64,000 bases of DNA, from positions 2,080,001 through 2,144,000 of the forward strand of contig CAVRBU010000002.1 of assembly GCA_963719315.1 (NCBI GenBank), read 5' to 3'. The notes beneath the pieces are model-generated. The model saw only the letters and a program-made list of their open reading frames with translations, had not been told where the DNA came from and did no database searches. Source of the DNA: an uncultured Planctomycetota bacterium (GTDB taxonomy: Bacteria; Planctomycetota; Planctomycetia; Pirellulales; Lacipirellulaceae). Both the position numbers and the translations under genes were made by a program. The first letter of the stretch is position 1; every line of letters starts with the position of its first letter. Shown here in pieces: positions 1 through 10,495 of this stretch.

Positions 1-387
1 GTGCCAAGCAATCGCGATGCACAAGATTCCAGGCTCGCGGTCGAGCGTTGCCGCTTCGCGTGAGCATGCAGGCGCGAATGAGAGTATGCCTCCCATCGCA
101 CGCTGCCTGCATGACAGCAACTCGTTAACCGAGTGCGCGCGTTGCTGTCATGGCGCCGACGCGATTCCAGCGACAATCGATTGTAAACGACGGTGCGCGC
201 CTCGTCGATGCATGCGCGCTAGCTGCCGCGATCCGTGGCGTTTCGATACACTGCTTTCCTCTGTTGCTGGCGAATCATATTCGCTAACTTGTGGCCCCAT
301 TTGAACCGACTAGGACGTATGGGCGCTCCAGCGCCTGGCCCAGTATTTCCCGTCAACTTCGACCGACTTCTGCGGATTGCGCTCGCT

Positions 388-1464
388 ATGGTTCGTCGCT
401 TACGTTGCAAGATTGTAACGCAATCGTTTGCGCTTGCGCTAGCGCTCCAGTTCGCAGTCGCGCTCTCCGCGAACGCACTGGCGCAAGAGCAATTGCCGAA
501 TGGCGGCGGCGACGCATTTGCGAGCCAGAAGTGGGATACCGATGTGGTCGCTTGCCAATCGCCGGACGTGCTGCCAACGCCGCCGGGTGAAGCTTGGATC
601 GCGCCGCCGGGTTTGCAGATGCAAGCGGCTCCGCCCGCTACGACATACACGGACCAAGCTTGGGGCGGACAGCCTGTCGTGCTGCCATGCCCGTCCGACG
701 CCTGGTACTGGCAGGTGCTGCCTGATGGCTTGATCTATCACTCGTACTGGGCAGGCGTCCACGAGCCGCGGCTGGCCATCGTCATGCAGCGTATCTCCGG
801 CGGTGATTCGTTCTTCGATGGCACCGCGGGCGGCCGCGTCGGCGTGTTGCGTTACGGCACTCCTGGCCCAATCTTTCCGCAAGGCTTTGAACTCGACGTC
901 GAGGCCGCCGCCATGGTGCGGCTCACGCTCGACAAAATTCGGGACTTCGAAACGGCCGACTACCGCGTCGGCGTGCCGCTCACGTACGGCATCGACAATT
1001 GGCAATACAAGCTCGCCGTTTATCACTTGAGTTCGCACTTGGGTGATGAATTTGCCATCGCCAATCCGGGCAGTCTCGCCGACCGGATTAACTATGTGCG
1101 CGATGAAGTGGTGATCGGTGCGTCCTACTACCCGGCCGCCTGGTCTCGCCTCTATGCCGAGGCCGGTTATGCTTTCAACACCGATGGCGGTTCCGAACCG
1201 TGGGAATTCCAGTTCGGCACCGAGCTCTCCCAGCCTGGTCCAACGGGGCTGAATGGTACGCCGTTTCTTGCCATCAACGGCCACCTCCGCCAGGAAGTGG
1301 ATTTCGGCGGCGACATCAGCACGCAGCTCGGTTGGCTGTGGCGCGGCAATTCGGGCCAGGTCATGCGGCTCGGCTTGCACTACTTCAACGGCAAGTCGAG
1401 CCAGTTCCAGACGTTTAACCAGTTCGAGCAGCAGATCGGCCTCGGGCTGTGGTACGACTTCTAG
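388..1464 (+). CDS. DUF1207-family exported/outer-membrane protein
   Basis: Signal-peptide-like N-terminus, motif YHLSSHLGDEF, beta-strand-like C-terminus ending in aromatic residues (WYDF); start uncertain (ORF open from 235). Confidence 0.7.
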   Translation: MVRRLRCKIVTQSFALALALQFAVALSANALAQEQLPNGGGDAFASQKWDTDVVACQSPDVLPTPPGEAWIAPPGLQMQAAPPATTYTDQAWGGQPVVLPCPSDAWYWQVLPDGLIYHSYWAGVHEPRLAIVMQRISGGDSFFDGTAGGRVGVLRYGTPGPIFPQGFELDVEAAAMVRLTLDKIRDFETADYRVGVPLTYGIDNWQYKLAVYHLSSHLGDEFAIANPGSLADRINYVRDEVVIGASYYPAAWSRLYAEAGYAFNTDGGSEPWEFQFGTELSQPGPTGLNGTPFLAINGHLRQEVDFGGDISTQLGWLWRGNSGQVMRLGLHYFNGKSSQFQTFNQFEQQIGLGLWYDF

Positions 1465-1475
1465 CAAGAGTCCTC

Positions 1476-1502
1476 GTAGGTCCCTTCTGCCGGAAGGGAC
1501 CT
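1476..1502. repeat. GTAG-type REP palindrome, family A (GTAGGTCCCTTCTGCCGGAAGGGACCT)
   Basis: Identical to 25824-25850; reverse-complement variant at 33764-33790. Confidence 0.85.
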
Positions 1503-1582
1503 TTGCGGCGAGTGGCCGGGGTCGAGTCGAAGGCGACCCCCCCCCAGTGCAGTTCAACCGGCACTGCCGTAGAATGCGGTGC

Positions 1583-2257
1583 ATGAATCAACGGTTGGCC
1601 GATTATCGAGTTTTCTGGCGCCAATTTCGCGAGTCGTACCACACCACCGGCGCGGTGCTTCCGAGTGGCCGCGGATTGTCTCTCGCGCTGGCCCATTTCG
1701 TTCGCCGCGGCGATACTCCCACCGGCGAGGCCGCTTCAGCGGCCGGGTCACGCCCGCGACGCATCCTTGAAGTCGGTCCTGGTACCGGGGCCGTCACCGC
1801 ACAAATCGCCCGCGAGATGCGGTCCGACGATCGGTTGACGCTCGTCGAACGAAACGAGGAGTTCGTCGGGCACTTGCGCGAGCAATTAAATTCGCTGGCC
1901 GCATTTCAATCGGCGCGCGAGCGAATAAAGCTTGTCCACAGCAGCGTCGAAGACCTTCCCGACAGCGAACCATACGATCGAATCATCTCGGGCCTCCCGC
2001 TCAACAATTTCAGCATCGAGCTGGTCGATCGACTCCTGGCCAAGATGCAGAAGTTGCTCGCGCCGGGCGGCGTGTTGAGTTTCTTCGAATACGTGGCCAT
2101 TCGCCGTGCCAAAGCGATGGTCAGTTCGCGCACCGACCGCGAGCGTCTACGCGGCATCGAACAATTGCTCGGCAATTTACTGCGAGCGTCCGAAATCCGC
2201 CGCGATCTGGTGCTCGCCAACGTGCCGCCAGCATGGGTGCATCATGTGAGGCTGTAG
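1583..2257 (+). CDS. Class I SAM-dependent methyltransferase (phospholipid N-methyltransferase-like)
   Basis: TGAVLPSG N-terminal motif, ILEVGPGTG motif I, IISGLP motif. Confidence 0.8.
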   Translation: MNQRLADYRVFWRQFRESYHTTGAVLPSGRGLSLALAHFVRRGDTPTGEAASAAGSRPRRILEVGPGTGAVTAQIAREMRSDDRLTLVERNEEFVGHLREQLNSLAAFQSARERIKLVHSSVEDLPDSEPYDRIISGLPLNNFSIELVDRLLAKMQKLLAPGGVLSFFEYVAIRRAKAMVSSRTDRERLRGIEQLLGNLLRASEIRRDLVLANVPPAWVHHVRL

Positions 2258-2328
2258 GTTTAAGGTGTAAGTCGTAAGTAACCAGCTTCTGACTTTCACT
2301 TACACCTTAAACCTTACGGCTTACACCT
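2254..2328. repeat. Heptamer-repeat hairpin (GTAAGGT-like / CTTACAC-like)
   Basis: gtaggtt-taaggtg-taagtcg-taagt ... cttacac-cttaaac-cttacgg-cttacac between a stop codon and the tsaD start. Confidence 0.7.
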
Positions 2329-2339
2329 CCCACGTCACA

Positions 2340-3377
2340 ATGAAGCTCCTCACTATCGAAACCACCTGCGACGAAACGGCCGCCGCCGTCATTACGGACC
2401 GGCTGGAAGTGCTGTCGTCCGTCGTGGCCTCGCAGGACGCGCTTCACAAGCAGTTCGGCGGCGTCGTGCCGGAGATTGCTTCGCGGGCGCATGTCGAACG
2501 AATCTTGCCCGTCATTGACGAAGCGCTGCGTAAAGCAAACGTCAAACTCACCGATCTCGATGCCGTGGCAGTCGCCAACACGCCGGGCTTGGCCGGTTCG
2601 CTGCTGGTCGGACTAACCGCGGCCAAGACGCTTTGCGTGGCGTGCGATTTGCCGTTGTTGGCCGTGAACCATTTGCAGGCACACATTTACGCCTGCCGGC
2701 TGGCTAGCGGTCGCGATGTGTTCCCTTGCGTCGGCCTGGTCGTGAGCGGCGGCCATTCGAATCTATACCGCTGCGAAGGTCCAACTGATTTCACCCCTTT
2801 GGGCGGCACGATCGACGACGCGGCCGGCGAAGCGTTCGACAAGGTCGCTAGCCTGTTGGGCTTGCCCTACCCGGGCGGCCCCAGCATCGAACGAACGGCC
2901 CGAAACGGCGATCCCCGCCGCCACCGCTTCCCGCGTCCGCTGCTGGATAACCCTGACCGACTCGATTTCAGTTTCAGCGGCCTCAAAACGGCTGTCCGCT
3001 ATTTGATCGTCGGGCCAGGGAAGCCTGAGGATAAAACTGCCGCGACCAATTTGACGCCAAAGGAATTGGCCAACGTCGCTGCTAGCTTCCAAGAAGCAGT
3101 GATCGATTGCCTGGTCGGCAAGGCCGAGTTGGCCCTCGCAAGAACCGGCTACGGTACACTGTGCGTCGGCGGCGGTGTGGCTGCCAACGGCCGATTCCGC
3201 GCAAGATTGGAAGAATCGGCAAATGAAAAAGGCTACGACTTGCACGTGCCGCCGCTCTCCCTCTGCACCGACAACGCCGTAATGGGAGCCATCGCCGTCG
3301 AGCGGCTCCGGGCTGGCTTGTTCGAGGATCTGTCGCTGGACATCAATCCAGTGCCGGAACGTGCCGCCGCGCAATAA
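2340..3377 (+). CDS. tsaD: tRNA N6-adenosine threonylcarbamoyltransferase TsaD
   Basis: IETTCDET, GGVVPEIASRAH, NHLQAH, VSGGHS, DDAAGEAFDK, FSFSGLKT and CTDNA motifs. Confidence 0.97.
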   Translation: MKLLTIETTCDETAAAVITDRLEVLSSVVASQDALHKQFGGVVPEIASRAHVERILPVIDEALRKANVKLTDLDAVAVANTPGLAGSLLVGLTAAKTLCVACDLPLLAVNHLQAHIYACRLASGRDVFPCVGLVVSGGHSNLYRCEGPTDFTPLGGTIDDAAGEAFDKVASLLGLPYPGGPSIERTARNGDPRRHRFPRPLLDNPDRLDFSFSGLKTAVRYLIVGPGKPEDKTAATNLTPKELANVAASFQEAVIDCLVGKAELALARTGYGTLCVGGGVAANGRFRARLEESANEKGYDLHVPPLSLCTDNAVMGAIAVERLRAGLFEDLSLDINPVPERAAAQ

Positions 3378-3378
3378 T

Positions 3379-3418
3379 AAACGCGGCCCGAACCGAAGTT
3401 CAGACCGCGTTTAGTTTG
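3379..3418 (+). terminator. Possible intrinsic terminator after tsaD
   Basis: aaacgcgg...ccgcgttt stem followed by a weak T-rich tract. Confidence 0.4.
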
Positions 3419-3540
3419 CTTCGCCCAAATCGCCAAATAACCCGGCTCCATCCGTCAATAATTGCATCCTGCGGATTGGTGGCCAGCATGCACGGCCGTA
3501 ATCCAGCTAGCAATTAGCCGCAGTCATCGCGGCAAAAGGG

Positions 3541-4041
3541 TTAGTATTGCTGACGCTGGCAGTTTGGGCAGTACGGCTGAGCTTCACCCGTCGGCTTCAG
3601 TGTAACGTGCGTGATGGCAGTCGAACGCTCGCCCAACTTGTGGCTGGCAAGAATCTGCTTCCACTCATCTTGCTTGATTTGCCCCGTCTTGTGGAAGATC
3701 ACTACCGAGCCGGTCTTGTCGATAATGGCCACATGCGGAAAATCCTTGGCATGGAAAGCCTTGGCCACCTTTTGGCCGTAGTCGGTGGTCACATCGACAT
3801 GGCACAAATGGTAGGGGCTCAGCAACTTCGAATTGTCGCCGGTCGCATCATCTTCGCTCAATAGAGCCGGCTCGAGCGCAGCCTTTTCGCTGCCGGGCTT
3901 ATCGAGGACGACCAGTAGCGGGTCTTGGCCAGCGCGAGTCGCCTCGAGCGCCTTTCCATAGCTATGGTCCCATTGCGGCGCCTTGGGGGACGCCGCCATC
4001 ATGCTGATCGCCATAGTAGCGGTCGCAAGAAAATTAATCAT
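3541..4041 (-). CDS. Exported hypothetical protein, thioredoxin-like fold
   Basis: GAAGGAG RBS before ATG 4041, signal peptide, W..SYGKALEA...PLLVVLD pattern, C-terminal YCPNCQ. Confidence 0.65.
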   Translation of the reverse strand: MINFLATATMAISMMAASPKAPQWDHSYGKALEATRAGQDPLLVVLDKPGSEKAALEPALLSEDDATGDNSKLLSPYHLCHVDVTTDYGQKVAKAFHAKDFPHVAIIDKTGSVVIFHKTGQIKQDEWKQILASHKLGERSTAITHVTLKPTGEAQPYCPNCQRQQY

Positions 4042-4577
4042 CGTAAAGAACTCCTTCTTCCTAAATGCTCCAGGCGTGCCGCATCGGCTTTCAAAATCTA
4101 TTCGACTGCCTTGAACCCCACGATGCAGGCATCGCTGAGTCTGACAAACATTGGAATCAGAATACCTGGCAGGGCGAAGCTTGCGATGCCAGCAAAAGAC
4201 CCGAGGTCGTATTCCAATCAAACGGGAGGGGGTTCAAAGGCAGGTGTACTCGACCAAATCGTGCGTTCTTGCACTTGGTGAGTACCATGGCAAGTTACCG
4301 GAACGCGAAGCGCGTTCAAGGGGGCAGCTAGCAGCAACTTTGCTGAAAACGCAAACCGCGCTGGATAAGGACCGCGGGGGGTTCGTGAAGCAACACGCAA
4401 CTAATTCCGAGAAAACCAGCACGATCTGGGCATTGCGGCAAGCAAGCCGCGTGATCGGCCGCTCGCAAAATAAAAAATCGTGCCAATTCAAAATGGCGCG
4501 TAGATAGGATGGCTGCAAAAAGTGGGAGTTTTGCAGTCACCCCTTGACGTGGTAGCGAACCGCTCTCCGCGTTTTCG

Positions 4578-5741
4578 CTAGCTTGAACCCAAAGTGACTG
4601 GCACTTGCAACTGCCGGCCTTGGCGAAGAATCGTCAGCACGACTTGCTCGCCCGGCTGGTGCTCTTCGATCTTGTCGACAAAGGCACTCGCCGAATCTAC
4701 GGGCTGGCCTCCCACGGCGACAATGATGTCGGCGTTGCTTGGGTCTTGTCGTTCAACGTCATACGCCAGAGGCCCGCGAGTCACGCGTCGGCGGACCATC
4801 TTCCAGCCTTGCAGTCCGGCCTTTTCGGCGGGACCGCCTTTATTGACCTCGACGATTTGCAGGCCTTGCTTGATCTCTTTGACTGCCACGATGCCGATAT
4901 CGGCCCGCGTGACTTTGCCGTGCTCGATGAGCTGCGGGACGATTTGGCGGATGCGATTAATCGGAATCGCGAAACCCAAGCCGGCGTTTTGGCCCGTTTT
5001 GGTCGCAATGGCGACGTTCATCCCAATCATTCGGCCGCTGGTATCCAGCAGCGGACCGCCGGAGTTGCCGGGGTTCATGGCGGCGTCGGTCTGAATGATC
5101 GACTTCATATCGTGGCCGGTCCGACTAGGCAGCGTGCGGTTCAGGTTGGAAATGATGCCCGTCGTCAGAGTTCCTTCCAGGCCAAACGGATTGCCGAGCG
5201 TGTAGACGCGCTGGCCAACGCGGAGATTCTCGGAGGTGCCGATCGGCACCGGGTACAATTCCTCGGGCGGCGCGTTGATTTTGAGCACGGCGATGTCATT
5301 ATCCGGGTCTTCGCCCACGACTTCGCCTTCATACGGATCTTTGCCGCCGGGCAACGTGACCCAGACTTTGTTGGCGTCTTCCACCACATGGAAGTTGGTG
5401 AGGATGTGCCCTTGTTTATCAAGGACGGCTCCCGAACCGGCACCCTCGCCGGGGGTGGGGAGCTTGAAGAAGCTGTCGTAACTGACCGTTCGCACGAGAA
5501 CGTTGACCACGCCGCGGTTACAGCCGTCGTACACGCGAATATTGGTCAATTCCTCCGGCGTGAGACCGGCATTCGGCGGCAGCGCCGCCGGCAAGATCGG
5601 GGCCGAGATCGCCGGTCCGCGGAGTTCCTGGGCGTTCACCGCCGTGCTAGAAAGAAAATTGCTGTTACCGTCCACCAGCCAGGCGGCGATCGCCCCGCCG
5701 ATGAGTGCACTCAAAACGCAGCAAAGAACTATTTTTTTCAT
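4578..5741 (-). CDS. HtrA/DegP-family serine protease with PDZ domain
   Basis: LTNFHVV, DIAVL and QTDAAMNPGNSGGPL triad motifs; C-terminal PDZ; N-terminal membrane anchor. Confidence 0.93.
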   Translation of the reverse strand: MKKIVLCCVLSALIGGAIAAWLVDGNSNFLSSTAVNAQELRGPAISAPILPAALPPNAGLTPEELTNIRVYDGCNRGVVNVLVRTVSYDSFFKLPTPGEGAGSGAVLDKQGHILTNFHVVEDANKVWVTLPGGKDPYEGEVVGEDPDNDIAVLKINAPPEELYPVPIGTSENLRVGQRVYTLGNPFGLEGTLTTGIISNLNRTLPSRTGHDMKSIIQTDAAMNPGNSGGPLLDTSGRMIGMNVAIATKTGQNAGLGFAIPINRIRQIVPQLIEHGKVTRADIGIVAVKEIKQGLQIVEVNKGGPAEKAGLQGWKMVRRRVTRGPLAYDVERQDPSNADIIVAVGGQPVDSASAFVDKIEEHQPGEQVVLTILRQGRQLQVPVTLGSS

Positions 5742-6322
5742 GGGTTTCGTAGAGTAAGCAAGAGTCGGGGAAGCGTGTAACTCGCCGGGTCTGGTTGGCG
5801 GGTGGACAAATCGCCACGAGAACCGGTTTTGGCGCCTATACCTCGACCCGTCCCCGAACGGCTTTCTTCAATACGATATATCAGCGACAAACGTTCGCAA
5901 ATATCAGGCCAGCCGGCCCTTGGCCCCCTGACAGGTTGCCGAGGTTGGGAAGAAATCGGGAGAGAATTCGCGAACAAGAGGCGGTTGGCCGCCGCTCGGC
6001 CACGGTGCCACCCCTATGGGTGCATCGGTCTGGGGGACGCAATGGCCGGTCAGTCCTCAAAATCGGGTCGGAGCACGCCGAAAACGGCCTCCGCTGGCCT
6101 GCCGGGGGGCTTGGAAAACTGGGAAAACTATTGGCGTTCGTCCAGCGGCGTGAATAGACTTAGAGTAAGTGGTTATGTCACCCCGTCTTAGGATTTTCCT
6201 GCCAGATAGGGCATCGGGCACAGCATGCCCGATCCTCGAAATCGGGTTGCCGTTTGAATCAATCGGCGTCGCTGCCGGAACGGCGGCTGCCGGGCTTTTC
6301 GTCGTATTTGCGGAGCGTCAAC

Positions 6323-9300
6323 ATGTTGACTGTTCATGGGATTAGGGGCGTCGCTTCAAATGTATTCAAAGGCGCTCTCGTAGCGGCCTTCGCGGTATCG
6401 GTGCTGATCGTTTCGGCGCAAGCGGCCGACTCGAACCAGCCATCCGCTGAGATGACAACCTTCGCGAGCGAAGATGGCCAAACATATTTCGCGCTGAGCG
6501 TTACTCCGCCGGCCGATGCGAAGCCGGCCACGCCGCGCGACATCGTAATCTTGTTCGACACCTCGGCCAGCCAGACCGGCATGTTTCGTGAAACGGGTCT
6601 GGCCGCGCTGGAAGCTTGTTTGGCCAAACTCGATTCGCATGATCGCGTACAGCTCTTCGCCGCCGATTTGGAAGCGCGGCCGATGACGCAGAAGTTCGTG
6701 GCCGCCGGCAGTCCCGAATTGAAAGCCGCGGTCGAAGCGCTCCGCAACGAGCCGCCGTTGGGCTCGACCGATATGGAAAATGTATTACGCACGGCCGCGT
6801 CGAAGTTCGATCAAGCGCGTCCTGATGGTCGCGTGTTGTTCTACATTGGCGACGGTGTCAGCAATGCGAATCTGTTGGGCGCCGATTCCTTCCGTCCGCT
6901 CGTCGGTGAATTGGCGACCGCGCACATCCCGGTGAGCAGCTACGCGATCGGCCCGCAAACAGATGGCCGGCTACTGGCGGCGTTGGCCAACCAAACGGGC
7001 GGAAATCTGTACATCGCCGAACCGATGGAGTTTGCCAACGAAGCCGAGAAAGTCACCGAAGCGCGCGCCAAAGAAGAAAACGTACGCCGCGGTTTTACTG
7101 TTGGCGCCAGCCTCGCGGATTGGGCCCACGCCACCGTGTTCTGGCCGACGAATGTCGCCTGGCCCAGCGAGTTGGCGCAGGTTTATCCGAAGAATCTGAC
7201 GCCGCTGCGAACCGATCGCGACACCGTAACGATCGGCGCCGCGGCCGGACCGCTAAATAAGTCGATTGAAATCCAAGCGCAATTCGTCGCCGACGGAAAG
7301 CCGGTTGAATTACATTGGACTGCTGCTCCGAAGAATGGAGGCAGCAATTACGCCTACTTGCCGCAAGTCGTAAGTGTGGCGAAAGCCGATGACGGCATCA
7401 CGCTGCCCAGCGTTGGCTCGGCCGGTCTCGCCGAAACGGGACGCATTGCGGAAGCCGGCGTCGATAATCTTACCGACCTCGCCGAACGAGCGGTAGCAAC
7501 AGGCGACACGCAGGGTGCGAAAGTCGCCGCTCAGGCCGCGCTCGCCCGCGATCCTGGCAACATCAAAGCGAAGACGGTTCAGCGCGTGATTGAAAAGCAG
7601 GGCACCGAGGCCAGGCAGGTCGCACAAGTGACGGTTCCGCCCGCGGCCGCGCCGGTATTCGGCCCGCCGGCGCCGGCAGCCACTGAAGTATTGCCGCCGC
7701 CCGCCCCGCGTCCGGCCGCGGCCCCAGCGACCCCGCCCAGCAATGACTTAAAACTGGTCCGTCCGACAGCGGCTCTGCCCCCGCAACCGGCCGCCTCGCT
7801 TCCGGCGCCCGCCGCGACGGCGCCACCGGCGCCTGGTTCGCTGACCGATCAATTCGCCGGCAGCGGTGCGCTGCTCGATGAAGTCGATCAACAGCGCCGC
7901 GTCTTCAGCCAGATGCTGCGGCGCGAGGTCGAGAATGCCGTGATCGACGCGCGTAAAGTAATGAGCGACGATCCCGATACGGCGATGCAGAGCCTGAAGC
8001 TGACGCTGCAAAACGTCGAGCGCGCCCCTGCACTCACCCCCGACGTTCGCGCGCAACTCACCGACAAACTGCAGACCGCGCTCCGCGAAGCCCAATACGC
8101 CTCCGTTGTCAAGGACGATCTGGACCGAGAGCGCGAGGAAGCCTACGCGGCCGCCCGCGAGCAGCGGTTGCTCAACGACCGCATGGCCCGCGACCGCGAA
8201 AAGGAAAAGCAACTCGTCGACCGCTTCAACGCGCTGATTGACGAAGGTCACTACGACGAAGCCCTGGATGTTGCCGGCACGATCGGCGAAGTCGACCCGA
8301 CGGGTGTGACCCCCGTCGTGGCCGTTGCAACGACGGAGTTCCGGCGCAACAACTACTTGATGCAGTTGACTCGCGCGGAGCGCTGGACCGCGTTCTTCGA
8401 TACGCTGTACGAAGTCGAAAAATCGGCCGTTCCGTTCCCAGACGATCCACCCATTATTTATCCGGCGGCGCCGATATGGGAGGACCTCTCCAATCGCCGC
8501 AAAGACCGTTACGGCTCGATGGATTTGAAGGCCACCGGCGAAGCGGAGCAGAACATCGAAAAGGCCCTCCGGTCGCCGCTGCATAGCAGCGGTCTCGATT
8601 TTACCGAACAACCGTTGAACGATGCCATCGCGACGTTAAGAGATGATTATGGCATTGAAATCCAGATCGACAAGCAGGCGCTGGAAGCCGTAGGTGTCCG
8701 TCCCGACGAACCGGTGAGTATCAATTTGCACAATGTATCGCTGCGCTCGGCGCTGCGGCTGATGCTCAAAAACCTGCAACTGACCTACATCATTCAGGAC
8801 GAAGTCCTGATGATCACCACGCCCGATGAGGCCGAGAAGACGTTGACCGTTAAGGTGTATCCGGTTGCCGATCTCGTGCTGCCCATCGATGCCACGTTGC
8901 TGCAACAGAACGGCGGCGGCGGCGGTATCGGCGGCCAGCAAGGCGGTGGTGGCGGCGGCTTCGGCGGACAGGGCGGCGGTGGTGGCGGCTTCGGCGGCGG
9001 CGGTGGCGGCTTCGGCGGCGGACAGGGCGGCGGTGGCGGCGGCTTCTTCAGCGTCCCCGACGATGCGAGTGCTGCTCAAACTGCCGCTCCGGCCACTTCG
9101 ACCAAGTCCGCGACGATTGCTCAGCCTGCCAAGCAGGTTTCCCCAATCGCGGTGGATGCGTCGAAATCACCGGACGCTTTTTGGAACGCATATTTCGCCG
9201 GCCAGCGGGCCGACGCGGCCGTTGTTCGCGAAACCGTCCGCCAATTGATGGGCGAGAAGCAGCACGATCAGGTAATCGCCCTGATCAACGCGGCGCTGCG

Positions 9301-10492
9301 CAATGGTCAGCCGCAACCGTGGATGTACGAATCACTCGGCATCGCCATGCAACTGAGCGGCCGCTCGAAGACCGACATCGAGCGGGCCGTCATGTCGGCC
9401 GCCGACTTCAGCACCTCGGCCGATGAACTCATGTACATCGCCCAATACTTGACCCGCATCGGGCTCGATCGGCGGGCGATGCTCGTTTGCCAGCAGGTTG
9501 CGAAGGTTGTGCCGCTGCGTGGCGAGGCTTACGCCCTTGGTTTGCGTGCCGCCGAGCAATGCAATGATCTTGCCGGTGTCCGCTGGGCAACCGTCGGCAT
9601 CCTCAGCCAGGCCTGGCCGTCGAACATGGCCGAGATCGAAGCGACCGCTAACCGCGTAGCCAAGGCCTCGCTCGATCGCCTGGCGAGCGAAGGCAAAACC
9701 GCCGAGCGTGAGGCGTACCTCAAGCAATTACAGGATGCCGTCGTCCGCGATTGCGTCGTTCGCGTGTCGTGGACCGGCAACGCCGATGTCGATGTTTCCG
9801 TTGAGGAACCCACCGGCACGGTCTGCTCCATTGCCGATCCGCGCACCGCCGGCGGCGGCGTTAACCTCGGCGATGCTTATGCGGTCGAAGGCAAACCGAA
9901 CGACAGTTCAAGCGAAGTGTACGTTTGCCCGAAGGGGTTCGCTGGCACGTACCGCGTGATGATTCATCGCGTCTGGGGCGAAGTGGCAGCCGGCAAGGTG
10001 ACTGTCGATGTCGACACGCACTTCCATTCAGGCGATACGCAGCACGAACGCCAGCAGCTCGAGCTCAATGATAAGGACGCGTTGGTCGTCTTCGATCTCA
10101 ACCGCGGGCGTCGGACCGAGCCGATCGAAACGGCCCAGCTTGCGAGTGCTGCTAAGCGGCAACAAACGTTGAGCCGTTCCGTGCTCGCCCAGCAGCTCAA
10201 TAGCGGTTCCGATCCGCGCGTGGCGCCTGTCCGGCCATTTTCTCCGTTCGCGGGCCGAGGCGCCTTTTTGGGCGGCGGCGCTGTCGGATTCCAGCCAATC
10301 GTGCAGACGTTGCCCGAAGGTCGGATGATGACCGCGTCGGGTGTGGTCTCAGCGGATCGGCGTTATGTGCGAATCGCCGTGGCGCCGATTTTCTCGAACA
10401 TCGGCGACGTGCAGACGTTTACATTTGCCGGCCAAGCGAATCCGACACCCGGAGGCGCCGGCGGGGCTGGCGGAGCAGGCGTGCTCCCCTAG
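6323..10492 (+). CDS. Large exported VWA-domain protein with secretin-N-like and DUF2135-like modules
   Basis: GGAG RBS, signal peptide, MIDAS DTSAS...T...IGDG, Pro/Ala linker, STN/N0-like segment, Gly-rich tract, VSWTGNADVDV..EEPTG, C-terminal VVSADRRYVR. Confidence 0.75.
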   Translation: MLTVHGIRGVASNVFKGALVAAFAVSVLIVSAQAADSNQPSAEMTTFASEDGQTYFALSVTPPADAKPATPRDIVILFDTSASQTGMFRETGLAALEACLAKLDSHDRVQLFAADLEARPMTQKFVAAGSPELKAAVEALRNEPPLGSTDMENVLRTAASKFDQARPDGRVLFYIGDGVSNANLLGADSFRPLVGELATAHIPVSSYAIGPQTDGRLLAALANQTGGNLYIAEPMEFANEAEKVTEARAKEENVRRGFTVGASLADWAHATVFWPTNVAWPSELAQVYPKNLTPLRTDRDTVTIGAAAGPLNKSIEIQAQFVADGKPVELHWTAAPKNGGSNYAYLPQVVSVAKADDGITLPSVGSAGLAETGRIAEAGVDNLTDLAERAVATGDTQGAKVAAQAALARDPGNIKAKTVQRVIEKQGTEARQVAQVTVPPAAAPVFGPPAPAATEVLPPPAPRPAAAPATPPSNDLKLVRPTAALPPQPAASLPAPAATAPPAPGSLTDQFAGSGALLDEVDQQRRVFSQMLRREVENAVIDARKVMSDDPDTAMQSLKLTLQNVERAPALTPDVRAQLTDKLQTALREAQYASVVKDDLDREREEAYAAAREQRLLNDRMARDREKEKQLVDRFNALIDEGHYDEALDVAGTIGEVDPTGVTPVVAVATTEFRRNNYLMQLTRAERWTAFFDTLYEVEKSAVPFPDDPPIIYPAAPIWEDLSNRRKDRYGSMDLKATGEAEQNIEKALRSPLHSSGLDFTEQPLNDAIATLRDDYGIEIQIDKQALEAVGVRPDEPVSINLHNVSLRSALRLMLKNLQLTYIIQDEVLMITTPDEAEKTLTVKVYPVADLVLPIDATLLQQNGGGGGIGGQQGGGGGGFGGQGGGGGGFGGGGGGFGGGQGGGGGGFFSVPDDASAAQTAAPATSTKSATIAQPAKQVSPIAVDASKSPDAFWNAYFAGQRADAAVVRETVRQLMGEKQHDQVIALINAALRNGQPQPWMYESLGIAMQLSGRSKTDIERAVMSAADFSTSADELMYIAQYLTRIGLDRRAMLVCQQVAKVVPLRGEAYALGLRAAEQCNDLAGVRWATVGILSQAWPSNMAEIEATANRVAKASLDRLASEGKTAEREAYLKQLQDAVVRDCVVRVSWTGNADVDVSVEEPTGTVCSIADPRTAGGGVNLGDAYAVEGKPNDSSSEVYVCPKGFAGTYRVMIHRVWGEVAAGKVTVDVDTHFHSGDTQHERQQLELNDKDALVVFDLNRGRRTEPIETAQLASAAKRQQTLSRSVLAQQLNSGSDPRVAPVRPFSPFAGRGAFLGGGAVGFQPIVQTLPEGRMMTASGVVSADRRYVRIAVAPIFSNIGDVQTFTFAGQANPTPGGAGGAGGAGVLP
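8910..9045 (+). repeat. GGC-rich low-complexity tract encoding Gly-rich linker (GGGGFGG/GGQGG)
   Basis: Tandem ggcggc...ttcggc units in frame within the VWA protein. Confidence 0.85.
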
Positions 10493-10495
10493 TTG

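Noticed and set aside
4042..4577. Possible ncRNA or small genes in this long spacer and in 25910-26405
   Set aside because: No recognisable tRNA, riboswitch or credible ORF; only a terminator-like hairpin near 4511-4538. An Rfam search would be needed
8910..9045. GGC tract as a mobile or regulatory repeat
   Set aside because: Fully explained as an in-frame glycine-rich linker
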